This document shows positions 28,185 to 36,061 of a DNA stretch of 64,000 nucleotides, piece after piece. The DNA is taken from the IMG/VR virus record IMGVR_UViG_2595698952_000001, positions 32,001 through 96,000 of that record. One strand, 5' to 3'. Below the pieces are notes generated by a model. The model worked only from the letters and a program-made list of their open reading frames with translations, was not told the origin of the DNA and ran no database searches. The stretch comes from a virus (Duplodnaviria > Caudoviricetes). The position numbers and the translations under genes were made by a program. Every line of letters begins with the position of its first letter. Position 1 is the stretch's first letter.

Positions 28185-28709
28185 ATGGCAAAAACAGCAC
28201 GAGCGCAATTTATTGCGATGTTCAACGCGGATAACACTGGTCTGGCGCAAGCACTGGTCGAAGCAGATGTTACCTTTGGCGCAGTGGCCGAATATGACCC
28301 TGCCGATGAGGCCGATACCCGCAACTCCAAAGTGACGCTGACTGCCGTTGCAGAAAGCACGCACTTTACCGGGGAAAAGGAATTCCACTTCACCCGTCTG
28401 GCTGCAAACATCGTTGGTGCGAAAGCAGTTACCGATGACCAGGCCGACTGGGACACCGATGCCGAAGTCCTGGCATTCCTGAATGCTGACGTTATCTCCG
28501 CTGGTAAAGCGGATGATGCGTTTGCACTCAGCGAGCTGGACATTGTTCGTACCGATGGTGCGGATGATGCGAAAGTGATTACCGTCACTATCAAAGCCGG
28601 TCACCTGAAGTTCCTGCCAGGCGATGTGGCAGTCTACACCATTACGCAAGAGATCACTAAAACTGACCTCTCTACCACAAATGGTGAGCTCAACGGTTTC
28701 ACAGCTTAA
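28185..28709 (+). CDS. virion structural protein (short family-A-related)
   Basis: FNADN...DVTFG...RNSKV...FHF.RL; C-terminal TNGELNGF. Confidence 0.75.
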   Translation: MAKTARAQFIAMFNADNTGLAQALVEADVTFGAVAEYDPADEADTRNSKVTLTAVAESTHFTGEKEFHFTRLAANIVGAKAVTDDQADWDTDAEVLAFLNADVISAGKADDAFALSELDIVRTDGADDAKVITVTIKAGHLKFLPGDVAVYTITQEITKTDLSTTNGELNGFTA

Positions 28710-28732
28710 TAAGCTACTAAAACCGCTATTCA

Positions 28733-28765
28733 CGGGAGACCATTAGGTCTCCCGCTTTTTATTTT
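28733..28765 (+). terminator. intrinsic terminator
   Basis: CGGGAGACC-atta-GGTCTCCCG plus T tract. Confidence 0.8.
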
Positions 28766-28791
28766 GTTTACTTTAACGGAGTGAAGTAAGT

Positions 28792-29298
28792 ATGGCTAAG
28801 TCGTTGCAAGAACTGTTTGTCGATATGATCAACGAAGTCAATCCAGATTTAGGGTTAACGCTCAGTGACGTCACATTCGGTGCGCCTTCCGAATACACCC
28901 CTGCGGATTCAGGGGACACCCGTAATACCGTGTTGACCTTAGTGGCAAAAGATGACAGCCCGAATTTCAAGGGCAGTAAAGATTACCACTTCTTCCGCTT
29001 CAATTTCACTAACCCTGGCGGTGTCACTACCCCAACATTAACCACCGGGGATTTGATTGGGAACTGGCAGGACGATGCAAAGGTCTTGATGGTCATGAAC
29101 ATGATGCTGCCGAATTACAAACTGACAGCAGAAGAGATTGGCATCGAACGCGTGACCGTGGATGCCACCACGTTAGATGTACGCATCACCATCGACCCGA
29201 ATCATTTAAAGTGGCACGGGACATTTGTGACACGCGTAATCGACGAAGGGAAAACCAACCTGCAATGGTTGAATCCCGAGTTGAGCGGGTTCAAATAA
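28792..29298 (+). CDS. virion structural protein, paralogue of 28185
   Basis: INEVNP...DVTFG...DTRNT; C-terminal LNPELSGFK. Confidence 0.75.
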   Translation: MAKSLQELFVDMINEVNPDLGLTLSDVTFGAPSEYTPADSGDTRNTVLTLVAKDDSPNFKGSKDYHFFRFNFTNPGGVTTPTLTTGDLIGNWQDDAKVLMVMNMMLPNYKLTAEEIGIERVTVDATTLDVRITIDPNHLKWHGTFVTRVIDEGKTNLQWLNPELSGFK

Positions 29299-29348
29299 AA
29301 AGAAAGCGACCTACTACCTTTACGGGTAGTAGGTCTGCTTATTTTATT
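29297..29348. terminator. bidirectional terminator ending the radical SAM operon
   Basis: GACCTACTACC...GGTAGTAGGTC flanked by AAAAAGAAA and TTATTTTATT. Confidence 0.75.
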
Positions 29349-29351
29349 CGC

Positions 29352-30020
29352 TTACAACAAGCCTTCTTCGGTCGCCACGGATTTGATACCCGTGAAGTCC
29401 TGTGCTTCAGCCAGTGTACGAATCGTACGCTTGAGTTCCGTCATCGCTGCGTGCAGCTGCGCATCACGTTCCACGATGGCTGCCAGCACCGCTTTACACG
29501 CTGCAACGTCGAACGGATGTTCTTCACTGCCTAAGCGGTTGTTCTGCGCATCCAGCCAATACCCCGGTGAGGTATCGGATTGAACGTACGAGGCCAGCGA
29601 CGCACGAGACTTCTCATCGGCTTGCAGCAGGATGCCCTGGAATTCGATGTTCTCGTGACGCTGAGTTTCGTAGCGTTCCGCGATACGGGTATAGATAGGC
29701 TGAATCTCTTGGTAGAGATAGTTTACCGTCGAGGTCAAGCCTTTGCGGATTTCGTCCAGCGGCAGCTCTAACACGGTTTCGATAAACTCTTTCGCCTTAC
29801 GCAGCGTGAACTGGGCTTCCGGTTCACTGAGGTCGTACTCACGCAGCTTTTTGACAGCCGCTTTATCCGATACCCCGTTCAACAGATGATAATGCAGCAG
29901 GGTACAGTACCCCTGCTTGGTCTCATCGTCTTTCGCCAGAATGGTCATGTAATTACCGTGGCGGTCAATCGGGTTACCGAATTCGAAGTAACGGGCCTTT
30001 ATCTCGTCATTACTAAGCAT
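29352..30020 (-). CDS. DUF4376-like tail-fibre assembly/accessory protein
   Basis: C-terminal half IEFQGILLQADEKSRASL...W.DAQN...A.L..I fits the DUF4376 pattern (D..S...L, W...DN). Confidence 0.6.
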   Translation of the reverse strand: MLSNDEIKARYFEFGNPIDRHGNYMTILAKDDETKQGYCTLLHYHLLNGVSDKAAVKKLREYDLSEPEAQFTLRKAKEFIETVLELPLDEIRKGLTSTVNYLYQEIQPIYTRIAERYETQRHENIEFQGILLQADEKSRASLASYVQSDTSPGYWLDAQNNRLGSEEHPFDVAACKAVLAAIVERDAQLHAAMTELKRTIRTLAEAQDFTGIKSVATEEGLL

Positions 30021-30589
30021 TCAGATTCTCCTGCTAACCCGAGGTCCATCAGCAGGCCGAAGTCAACCATCTGGAAGTGTTCGGATAATTCCTCACCCCA
30101 GATAAATTTCATCTTCTCTGCTAAGTCCCCGTTCTGTTCCTGGAAGATAAAGATTTGGTGCATTTCCTCACCAAACGAGTCGAACTGATGGTTAGAACGC
30201 AGCGCGCGTACGCGCACACCGATCAAATCCGCAGCTTCCGGATTCTCCGGGTCGGCCCAGTTTAATGCCAGGCCAATCAGGTTATCGGTATCCAGGTTCT
30301 GCGTAGAGCGACGCAGGATTTCGATTTTGTGGCGCGGGAATTCCGCAACACGCTGTTCGAAGCCCGGATTACGGATGGCCACCTGCTCCACAGAGTTGTG
30401 TGTTTTCTCAACCCCGTCCAGCGGCAGAATGACGTTCAGTCCGAAGCGCACACACAGACGACGAATCTCATCAGTAAACGTGTCCGGTTCCACAATCGCG
30501 TGGATGTTGTACATGCCGTGCTTTTGCATAAACGCGGCAACAAGGTGAAGATTACGCTTCGTAAAATTGTGTATCAGCAACGACTTCAT
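29999..30589 (-). CDS. hypothetical protein in the radical SAM operon
   Basis: Overlaps both neighbours, GGAG RBS, 196 aa. Confidence 0.75.
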   Translation of the reverse strand: MKSLLIHNFTKRNLHLVAAFMQKHGMYNIHAIVEPDTFTDEIRRLCVRFGLNVILPLDGVEKTHNSVEQVAIRNPGFEQRVAEFPRHKIEILRRSTQNLDTDNLIGLALNWADPENPEAADLIGVRVRALRSNHQFDSFGEEMHQIFIFQEQNGDLAEKMKFIWGEELSEHFQMVDFGLLMDLGLAGESECLVMTR

Positions 30590-31895
30590 TCGCTGGTGCT
30601 CCTAATTGGTTTTTCTTCTCGGCTGCTAATTTGCGATCGCGCACACAAGACACACAGTAGCACTGGGTCTTATCGTTCAGATCGGTATAACGGGTAGTAC
30701 CGGTTTTCTGGTAGAAGTATTCTGCTACCAACAGTTTGGCGGTAGTCCAGCCACACTGACGACGCTCAGCGTGATACGCTTTACGGTCTTCCATTTCCCC
30801 GTCACCGTTCTCGTATGATGCCGCGGCACAACTACCACACGCGTGCTTCATCGGACAACCCAGGCACGTTTCTGGATAGTTGGTGTACTGCGTTTGAATT
30901 TCGTTCAACAGCTTATTGTCATCGATATTGACAATCTCACGGCCACGCAGTTCTGCGATAGCCTGACGTGTCGTTACCGTGGACATAAAGCGGTTACAGC
31001 CGTAAATCTTGCGGTCGAAGCCCAGGCAGGTCATGTGGGTTACGGTACCGCAGAACGGACGCACACGCTCCGGGTTCAGACGCGTTGCTTCGTCGTCCAG
31101 GAGCTTCTGACGCCAATCCGGGTCCCAGGTTGCCATGAAGTCCAGGCCATCCGGGAAGATGTGGGTCAGGCGGTTACGTGGGTCTTTCTCAAACCCTTTG
31201 TCGAACCAGTAGTCAATCACGTCCATCATCTGCAACGCAATCGACATTGCCATGGTGCGCGGCAGAATGTCTTCGTACGTGACGTTACCGGAAATGGTAC
31301 CGCCGCCGGTGACGTCCATCAGGTGCTTCATGGACTCGGCGTATTTCGGCAGGGTCTCAGAGGTAAAGGTGGCTTTGATACCCAGTTCCAGGATACCGAC
31401 CGATTTCAGGTAGTTGTAACCACGCATCGCTTTTTCGTACGACCCTTCACGGGTAGTCGTAAAGATACGATAACGGTCATGCACTTCCGGCAGACCATCG
31501 ATAGACACGCCGATGGACAGTTTGTCACGCCAGCGTTCGATAATCTCGCGGTTCAGCGGCTTGTCGAATAACGTGCCGTTCGTCGAGATGGAGAAGATAA
31601 CGTCACGGTTATCACGCTTCGCCAGTTCTTCGGCCGTTTCAAATACGGCTTTCAGAATCTTCGGCTGCATCATGGGTTCACCACCGATGATATCGATGAT
31701 AACTTCCACGTTCTTCAAATGACGGTCACGGTCGAAACACGCATGAATGAAGTCCACTGCATCATCGGCTTTATTGTTACGCGGGTATTTACGCTCGTAG
31801 CAATATTCACAGTCGAGGTTACAGGAGAGGTTGGTCACCACCTGATAGGTTTTGGTGATTTTGGGCTCTTGGGCCGGTGCTTTGGTATCACGCAT
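30552..31895 (-). CDS. radical SAM/SPASM-domain peptide maturase
   Basis: CNLDCEYC (CxxxCxxC), GGEP, STNGTL, SIDG..EVHD.YR; SPASM-type cysteines FCG...IYGCNRF...CLGCPMKHACGSC...RQC. Confidence 0.9.
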   Translation of the reverse strand: MRDTKAPAQEPKITKTYQVVTNLSCNLDCEYCYERKYPRNNKADDAVDFIHACFDRDRHLKNVEVIIDIIGGEPMMQPKILKAVFETAEELAKRDNRDVIFSISTNGTLFDKPLNREIIERWRDKLSIGVSIDGLPEVHDRYRIFTTTREGSYEKAMRGYNYLKSVGILELGIKATFTSETLPKYAESMKHLMDVTGGGTISGNVTYEDILPRTMAMSIALQMMDVIDYWFDKGFEKDPRNRLTHIFPDGLDFMATWDPDWRQKLLDDEATRLNPERVRPFCGTVTHMTCLGFDRKIYGCNRFMSTVTTRQAIAELRGREIVNIDDNKLLNEIQTQYTNYPETCLGCPMKHACGSCAAASYENGDGEMEDRKAYHAERRQCGWTTAKLLVAEYFYQKTGTTRYTDLNDKTQCYCVSCVRDRKLAAEKKNQLGAPANEVVADTQFYEA

Positions 31896-32793
31896 TGCGA
31901 TTTAACCCCGCTTGTATTACACGATTCATGTACTGGTAAGCGTCATAGCCAATGACTTCGGCCAGACGGTTACAGCCCGAGTTCAACACATCTATGGCAT
32001 TGTCAGACTGGTCAAACGTGGCATCGGATTTTACCCACACCAGATTGCTACAGTCGTCACAGTGCTGCCTGAAGAACTTGTTGATGCTGAGCGTTTGGTG
32101 GAAACCGTTCAGCGTGTTCAGCTCGGTCAACTGATCGTGCATTTTGTTGTACCCGTACATGAAGTTCATGACGAGATCCTGGTTAAGCGGCTTAGGCATG
32201 AAGTTATCAAACATCACACGGTAACCGTTTAAGCGGTAATGGTACAACGACTCGTGGAGTTTCAACAGGTCGTAGAACCAGTGCTTCGGTGCTAACTGGG
32301 CACGGGTAATCACCGACCATAACGTGATGTTGTCCAGCGCGTCAAACACCTCGAAAGCATCGTAGCGACGCTCCTCAGCGATACGCAGCAACGGACGTTC
32401 GGATTCTGCATAGCCGTCAAAGGAGACGAAGATGCGATCCATTTGCTCAAGCACCGGCAGCTGGGCCGGGGTCAGTCGCAGACCGTTGGTGTACATTTCA
32501 TGCTGTAGGTGCGGATAACGTTCCTTCAACTCAGCCATAAAGTCCTGGATTTTATTGAACGCCAACAGGGGTTCACCGCCCGTCCAGTTAATTTGCTGAA
32601 TAGTAGGATGCGCTTCCAGCGTTTCAAACAGCTTCTCTCTTTGGATGTCGCGCGCACTGTCTTTGACATCCATATACCCAACACCGCCACAGAAGCTACA
32701 ATCGAGATTGCACTTCGAGGTGGTGACAATCGACAGCTCCATCGGAGTTGACGAAGGGTCGCGACGAATAGCCGACACAGCTTCTTCACTCAT
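31888..32793 (-). CDS. second radical SAM protein (short auxiliary Cys region)
   Basis: CNLDCSFC, TGGEPLL, YTNG, VSFDG; C-terminal CDDC...GCNRL. Confidence 0.85.
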   Translation of the reverse strand: MSEEAVSAIRRDPSSTPMELSIVTTSKCNLDCSFCGGVGYMDVKDSARDIQREKLFETLEAHPTIQQINWTGGEPLLAFNKIQDFMAELKERYPHLQHEMYTNGLRLTPAQLPVLEQMDRIFVSFDGYAESERPLLRIAEERRYDAFEVFDALDNITLWSVITRAQLAPKHWFYDLLKLHESLYHYRLNGYRVMFDNFMPKPLNQDLVMNFMYGYNKMHDQLTELNTLNGFHQTLSINKFFRQHCDDCSNLVWVKSDATFDQSDNAIDVLNSGCNRLAEVIGYDAYQYMNRVIQAGLNRNA

Positions 32794-32809
32794 TGCAGAT
32801 TTACTCCAG

Positions 32810-33697
32810 TTATTCGAAAGTCAGCTTGAACAGCGGGTCATCTTTGATGTCCACACCCGTCTTTAACACGAACGGGTCGTTATAAGCATCAAGGATCTGG
32901 TTCAGAATAGCCTGACGGTCATTCACACGCCGTAAGTCATCTAACGTGACCGTGCGAGCATGGAAGGCAGACACTGCGGTTTTCTCTTCAGCCGTCAGTT
33001 CTACTTTCGTCAGCAGGAACGCTACCAGTTTGTTCAGGTCTGCTTCGGTTGCAGGTGCTTCACCGAACTGCGTCTGCACCAGGTACTGCATCCACGGTTT
33101 GCGGATACGCTTGGTGATGTCGTGTTCGTCAAAGATTGCTTCGAATTGTTTCTCAGCCGGGTTCCAGACAAACTTGTAGCTGTAGGCCAGCAGGTCAAGC
33201 ATGTTGGTGATGCCGTGCTTTTCAAAGCCAACGATAGGGTAATACTCTTCGACACCGGTATACTGCTCAGTGTCTTGCGTTACCTGCGTAAACCAGCCAG
33301 GCATAGACCCCATGTAGTCCCAGCTCCATTCACGACGTGCCATTGGTTTCAGGCCACTTTCGCTAAACGGAATCAGGAACATTTCCAGGTCAACCACCTG
33401 GTTCAATACCGCATCGCTCAGGAAATATTTCCCATCCACTAAGCGACCTTTCACATCTTGCTCACCGGCCGTGATGTGAATGTGCTGCACGCTACGACCC
33501 GCTAACGTATAATCGGCTTCCACCGTATAGTTCTTCGGGTTAGCCAGCTCACGTCCACGAACCTTTGGCCACTCCCCTGGCAACTGACTGATCAGTCGCA
33601 CCTGGTCTAACAAGTGAAATTTCACACTGTCGTACAGGCTGATATGCAGTGGGAAGTTTTGCGTTGTCTTAAACGCAAGGTGTAGATCGTTCTTCAT
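32810..33697 (-). CDS. hypothetical protein between the precursors and the radical SAM genes
   Basis: 295 aa, AGGGG RBS, operonic spacing. Confidence 0.75.
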   Translation of the reverse strand: MKNDLHLAFKTTQNFPLHISLYDSVKFHLLDQVRLISQLPGEWPKVRGRELANPKNYTVEADYTLAGRSVQHIHITAGEQDVKGRLVDGKYFLSDAVLNQVVDLEMFLIPFSESGLKPMARREWSWDYMGSMPGWFTQVTQDTEQYTGVEEYYPIVGFEKHGITNMLDLLAYSYKFVWNPAEKQFEAIFDEHDITKRIRKPWMQYLVQTQFGEAPATEADLNKLVAFLLTKVELTAEEKTAVSAFHARTVTLDDLRRVNDRQAILNQILDAYNDPFVLKTGVDIKDDPLFKLTFE

Positions 33698-33707
33698 TTA
33701 AGTCCCC

Positions 33708-33914
33708 TTATCGGTTCCCCGCTCCGTGACTACAACCACCGCTACATGTCCAGCTACAAGACCCGCCGCAGTTATAGTGCGATAACGGTAACCCAGAAAG
33801 GTTGTTAGTCGTGCTAACCGTCCCCTGGGTTGCGATGAACGAGTTAGCGTCCGCCGTCTTGATATAGCCTTCCACTTGCACCATTTTGTCACGGATGTTT
33901 TTGAGTGAAATCAC
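33708..33914 (-). CDS. Cys-rich precursor peptide 3 (short core, 4 Cys)
   Basis: Probable GTG start after GGGGG; MISLKNIRDKM...HYNCGGSCSWTCSGGCSHGAGNR. Confidence 0.8.
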   Translation of the reverse strand: MISLKNIRDKMVQVEGYIKTADANSFIATQGTVSTTNNLSGLPLSHYNCGGSCSWTCSGGCSHGAGNR

Positions 33915-33958
33915 ACTAACCCCCAAATTTGTAAAAAGTTAACTGGGAGACGAGGGCG

Positions 33959-34357
33959 TTACCGCGTTGGCCCGGAACAACCGGAACAACCAGAGCAGCT
34001 TGAGGAACATGAAGAAGAACAACCTGTTGAACACGTTCCTGAACAGCCGTTTGCACAGCCTCCTGAACATGCACCCGAACAGCCCGTACAGGTCGAAGAA
34101 CAACCCGAAGTACAGCTGGACGAACAACTTGCCCCACACGTTCCCGACGCAGAACCTGAGCACCCACCGGAACACGATGAACATGTCCAACTACAGGTAC
34201 CACCACAATCATAATGCGCACGCGGCTGGCCGCCAAACAACGTCGAGTTGTTCGTGGCTTTATTGCGAATATAGGTCTGCACCCCTGCCGCGTTTTTCAA
34301 TGCGGTATTATCAATACTATTCAGACGGTTCTGAATATCTTTTAGGTTGATAGCCAT
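33959..34357 (-). CDS. Cys-rich precursor peptide 2 (20 Cys)
   Basis: AGGAG RBS; MAINLKDIQNRL...HYDCGGTCSWTCSS(Cxx/Cxxx)n...CSGCSGCSGPTR. Confidence 0.85.
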   Translation of the reverse strand: MAINLKDIQNRLNSIDNTALKNAAGVQTYIRNKATNNSTLFGGQPRAHYDCGGTCSWTCSSCSGGCSGSASGTCGASCSSSCTSGCSSTCTGCSGACSGGCANGCSGTCSTGCSSSCSSSCSGCSGCSGPTR

Positions 34358-34368
34358 GATGTCTCCTA

Positions 34369-34752
34369 CTACGGCCCAGAGCAGCCAGAACAGCCTGTAC
34401 AGCTCGATGAGCACGACCCCGAGCACCCGCTACATTTACCGGAGCACCCGCCGGAGCAACTGCCTGAACAACCTGAGCAACCCGAACACCCGGTAGAACA
34501 ACCGCCCGTACAGCTGCCGGTACACGTCGATGTACACGTTCCCGAACAACTGGTACAACTTGCCGAACACCCGTTAGAGCACGACCAGCTACACGTACCA
34601 CCACAATCTAATTGACCCGGTGTCCAACCCGCAAAGCGCTCTTGCGCGTTATACGCTTGCGAGGCAACTTGCGCATCAACGCGAGGTCCGGTGGCGACAT
34701 TGGCTTCCACTATTTGCAGGCGGTCGCGTATGTTTTTAAGTGAGATTGCCAT
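34369..34752 (-). CDS. Cys-rich precursor peptide 1 (21 Cys)
   Basis: AAAGGA RBS; MAISLKNIRDRL...QLDCGGTCSWSCS(Cxx/Cxxx)n...CSGCSGP. Confidence 0.85.
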   Translation of the reverse strand: MAISLKNIRDRLQIVEANVATGPRVDAQVASQAYNAQERFAGWTPGQLDCGGTCSWSCSNGCSASCTSCSGTCTSTCTGSCTGGCSTGCSGCSGCSGSCSGGCSGKCSGCSGSCSSSCTGCSGCSGP

Positions 34753-34767
34753 ACGTTTCCTTTAAGA

Positions 34768-34803
34768 ATAAAAAAGAGGACACTGCCATAAAGACAGGTC
34801 CTC
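34768..34803 (-). terminator. terminator-like hairpin between the tail-fibre gene and precursor 1
   Basis: Minus strand GAGGAC-CTGTC-tttat-GGCAG-T-GTCCTC followed by TTTTTTATT. Confidence 0.6.
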
Positions 34804-34818
34804 GTGTTTTTAAAAAGT

Positions 34819-36018
34819 TTAGCGTGTACCAGCTTCTGCTTGTACGTCGTCGCGAGTCGTGAGACTGTTGTTGACGTGAACCGCAGCTTGCACCACACCA
34901 CCGTACGTCTTGTGGAGGTAGTTCGGGTGTGGGTTGTCCGCTGCAACGTGGTTCGCCAGGTTCTGGTTTGCCTGCGAGATAGCGTTGGTATTGTTCGTGA
35001 TGCGAGTGTTCTGTGCGGTAATCTGGGCTTGCAGGTTATCAATCTTCTGTTGGAAGTCTTGACCTTGCGATTCCAAATCACCGACACGCTGCGTTAACGC
35101 GTTCAGGGCAGACTGCAAATCATTGACAGCTTTCTGCAATTGCAACACCAGGGAGTTGAGGTTCGCCAAGGCGAGCGACATCTTCTGGTAGTTCTGCGCC
35201 ACGGTGTTCAGCTGGTCATTCCATGCCACCAGAGATTGCACCACCGCATCGATACGGGCACCCAGTGCGGTATCGGCGGTTTTCAGTGAGGCAATTTCTT
35301 TTAAGGTGTCATCAATCTGCGTTTGAACCGCGGCAATCAGTGCACGAATCTCAGTTTCCGTCAGACCGTTGATCTGGTGAATATTGAGACTGTGGACGTT
35401 GCCTTGTGCATTAACGTGCGCATTCAACGCATCAAGGAAATCTTGTTTCAGACCGTCGATGATGCCTTTGATTTGTTCGAGCTGTACCGCCGACCCGGAG
35501 TTAATCGCGTCTTTGATGCCCGACAGTACCGTGATGATAAACTCGAACCCGTAGATATCACCCACGTCTTTAAACGTAGGTGCTGACGGGAACGTATCCG
35601 GTACGTTACGCAAGTCTTTGAAATCAACCGTACGGTCTTCCAATTTCAGCTCTGCAATCGCCTGAGTAATGGCAACAACGTTTGCTGACTGTGGACCGCC
35701 GATGACCTGAGCCGAGATAGTGATGTCGGTTGGAATAGCAGAGTTGGTGACCACCACCCCCATCAGGATTTCTTGGTTCTTGGTAAGCTTCTCGTACGCC
35801 GGGTGAGCGAAGATCAGCTCATAGTCCGTCCCACGTTTATAGAAGGTACCGGGTTTGTTCGTTGCAGCCAGACGAAACGACTCCGCGTAAAACGGCCCGT
35901 CTGGGAATGCAAAGGCCCGGTTAACCTTACCGGAACCTAACGTGACTCGCCGAGTGACAGCGTTCGACGTCAGTGTCCCCTTTAGGTCAAACGGGTACTG
36001 ATATACAATAGCGGCCAT
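34819..36018 (-). CDS. tail fibre protein with coiled coil
   Basis: AGGAG RBS before MAAIVYQY; N-terminal GPFY...G.DYEL domain shared with the large fibres; long heptad region; HVAADNPHPNY fibre motif. Confidence 0.8.
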   Translation of the reverse strand: MAAIVYQYPFDLKGTLTSNAVTRRVTLGSGKVNRAFAFPDGPFYAESFRLAATNKPGTFYKRGTDYELIFAHPAYEKLTKNQEILMGVVVTNSAIPTDITISAQVIGGPQSANVVAITQAIAELKLEDRTVDFKDLRNVPDTFPSAPTFKDVGDIYGFEFIITVLSGIKDAINSGSAVQLEQIKGIIDGLKQDFLDALNAHVNAQGNVHSLNIHQINGLTETEIRALIAAVQTQIDDTLKEIASLKTADTALGARIDAVVQSLVAWNDQLNTVAQNYQKMSLALANLNSLVLQLQKAVNDLQSALNALTQRVGDLESQGQDFQQKIDNLQAQITAQNTRITNNTNAISQANQNLANHVAADNPHPNYLHKTYGGVVQAAVHVNNSLTTRDDVQAEAGTR

Positions 36019-36061
36019 AGCCAAACTCCTTTGATTGGGGCGTCCGTGCCCCACAGCGCTG

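Noticed and set aside
30552-32793. Radical SAMs as DNA-modification (QueE/7-deazaguanine) or anaerobic RNR activase genes
   Set aside because: No queC/queD/folE/dpdA or nrdD nearby. SPASM-type cysteines and adjacent Cys-rich peptides fit peptide maturases better.
33916-34604. Val/Arg-rich and Asn-rich alternative-frame ORFs over the Cys-rich genes
   Set aside because: Shadow frames produced by the low-complexity TGT/TCN/GGN repeats. The Cys frames have RBSs and mutually homologous leaders.
33959-34752. Repetitive DNA as a possible CRISPR array or DGR template/variable repeat
   Set aside because: No constant repeat-spacer periodicity, the repetition follows codons, and there is no cas or reverse transcriptase gene in the window.
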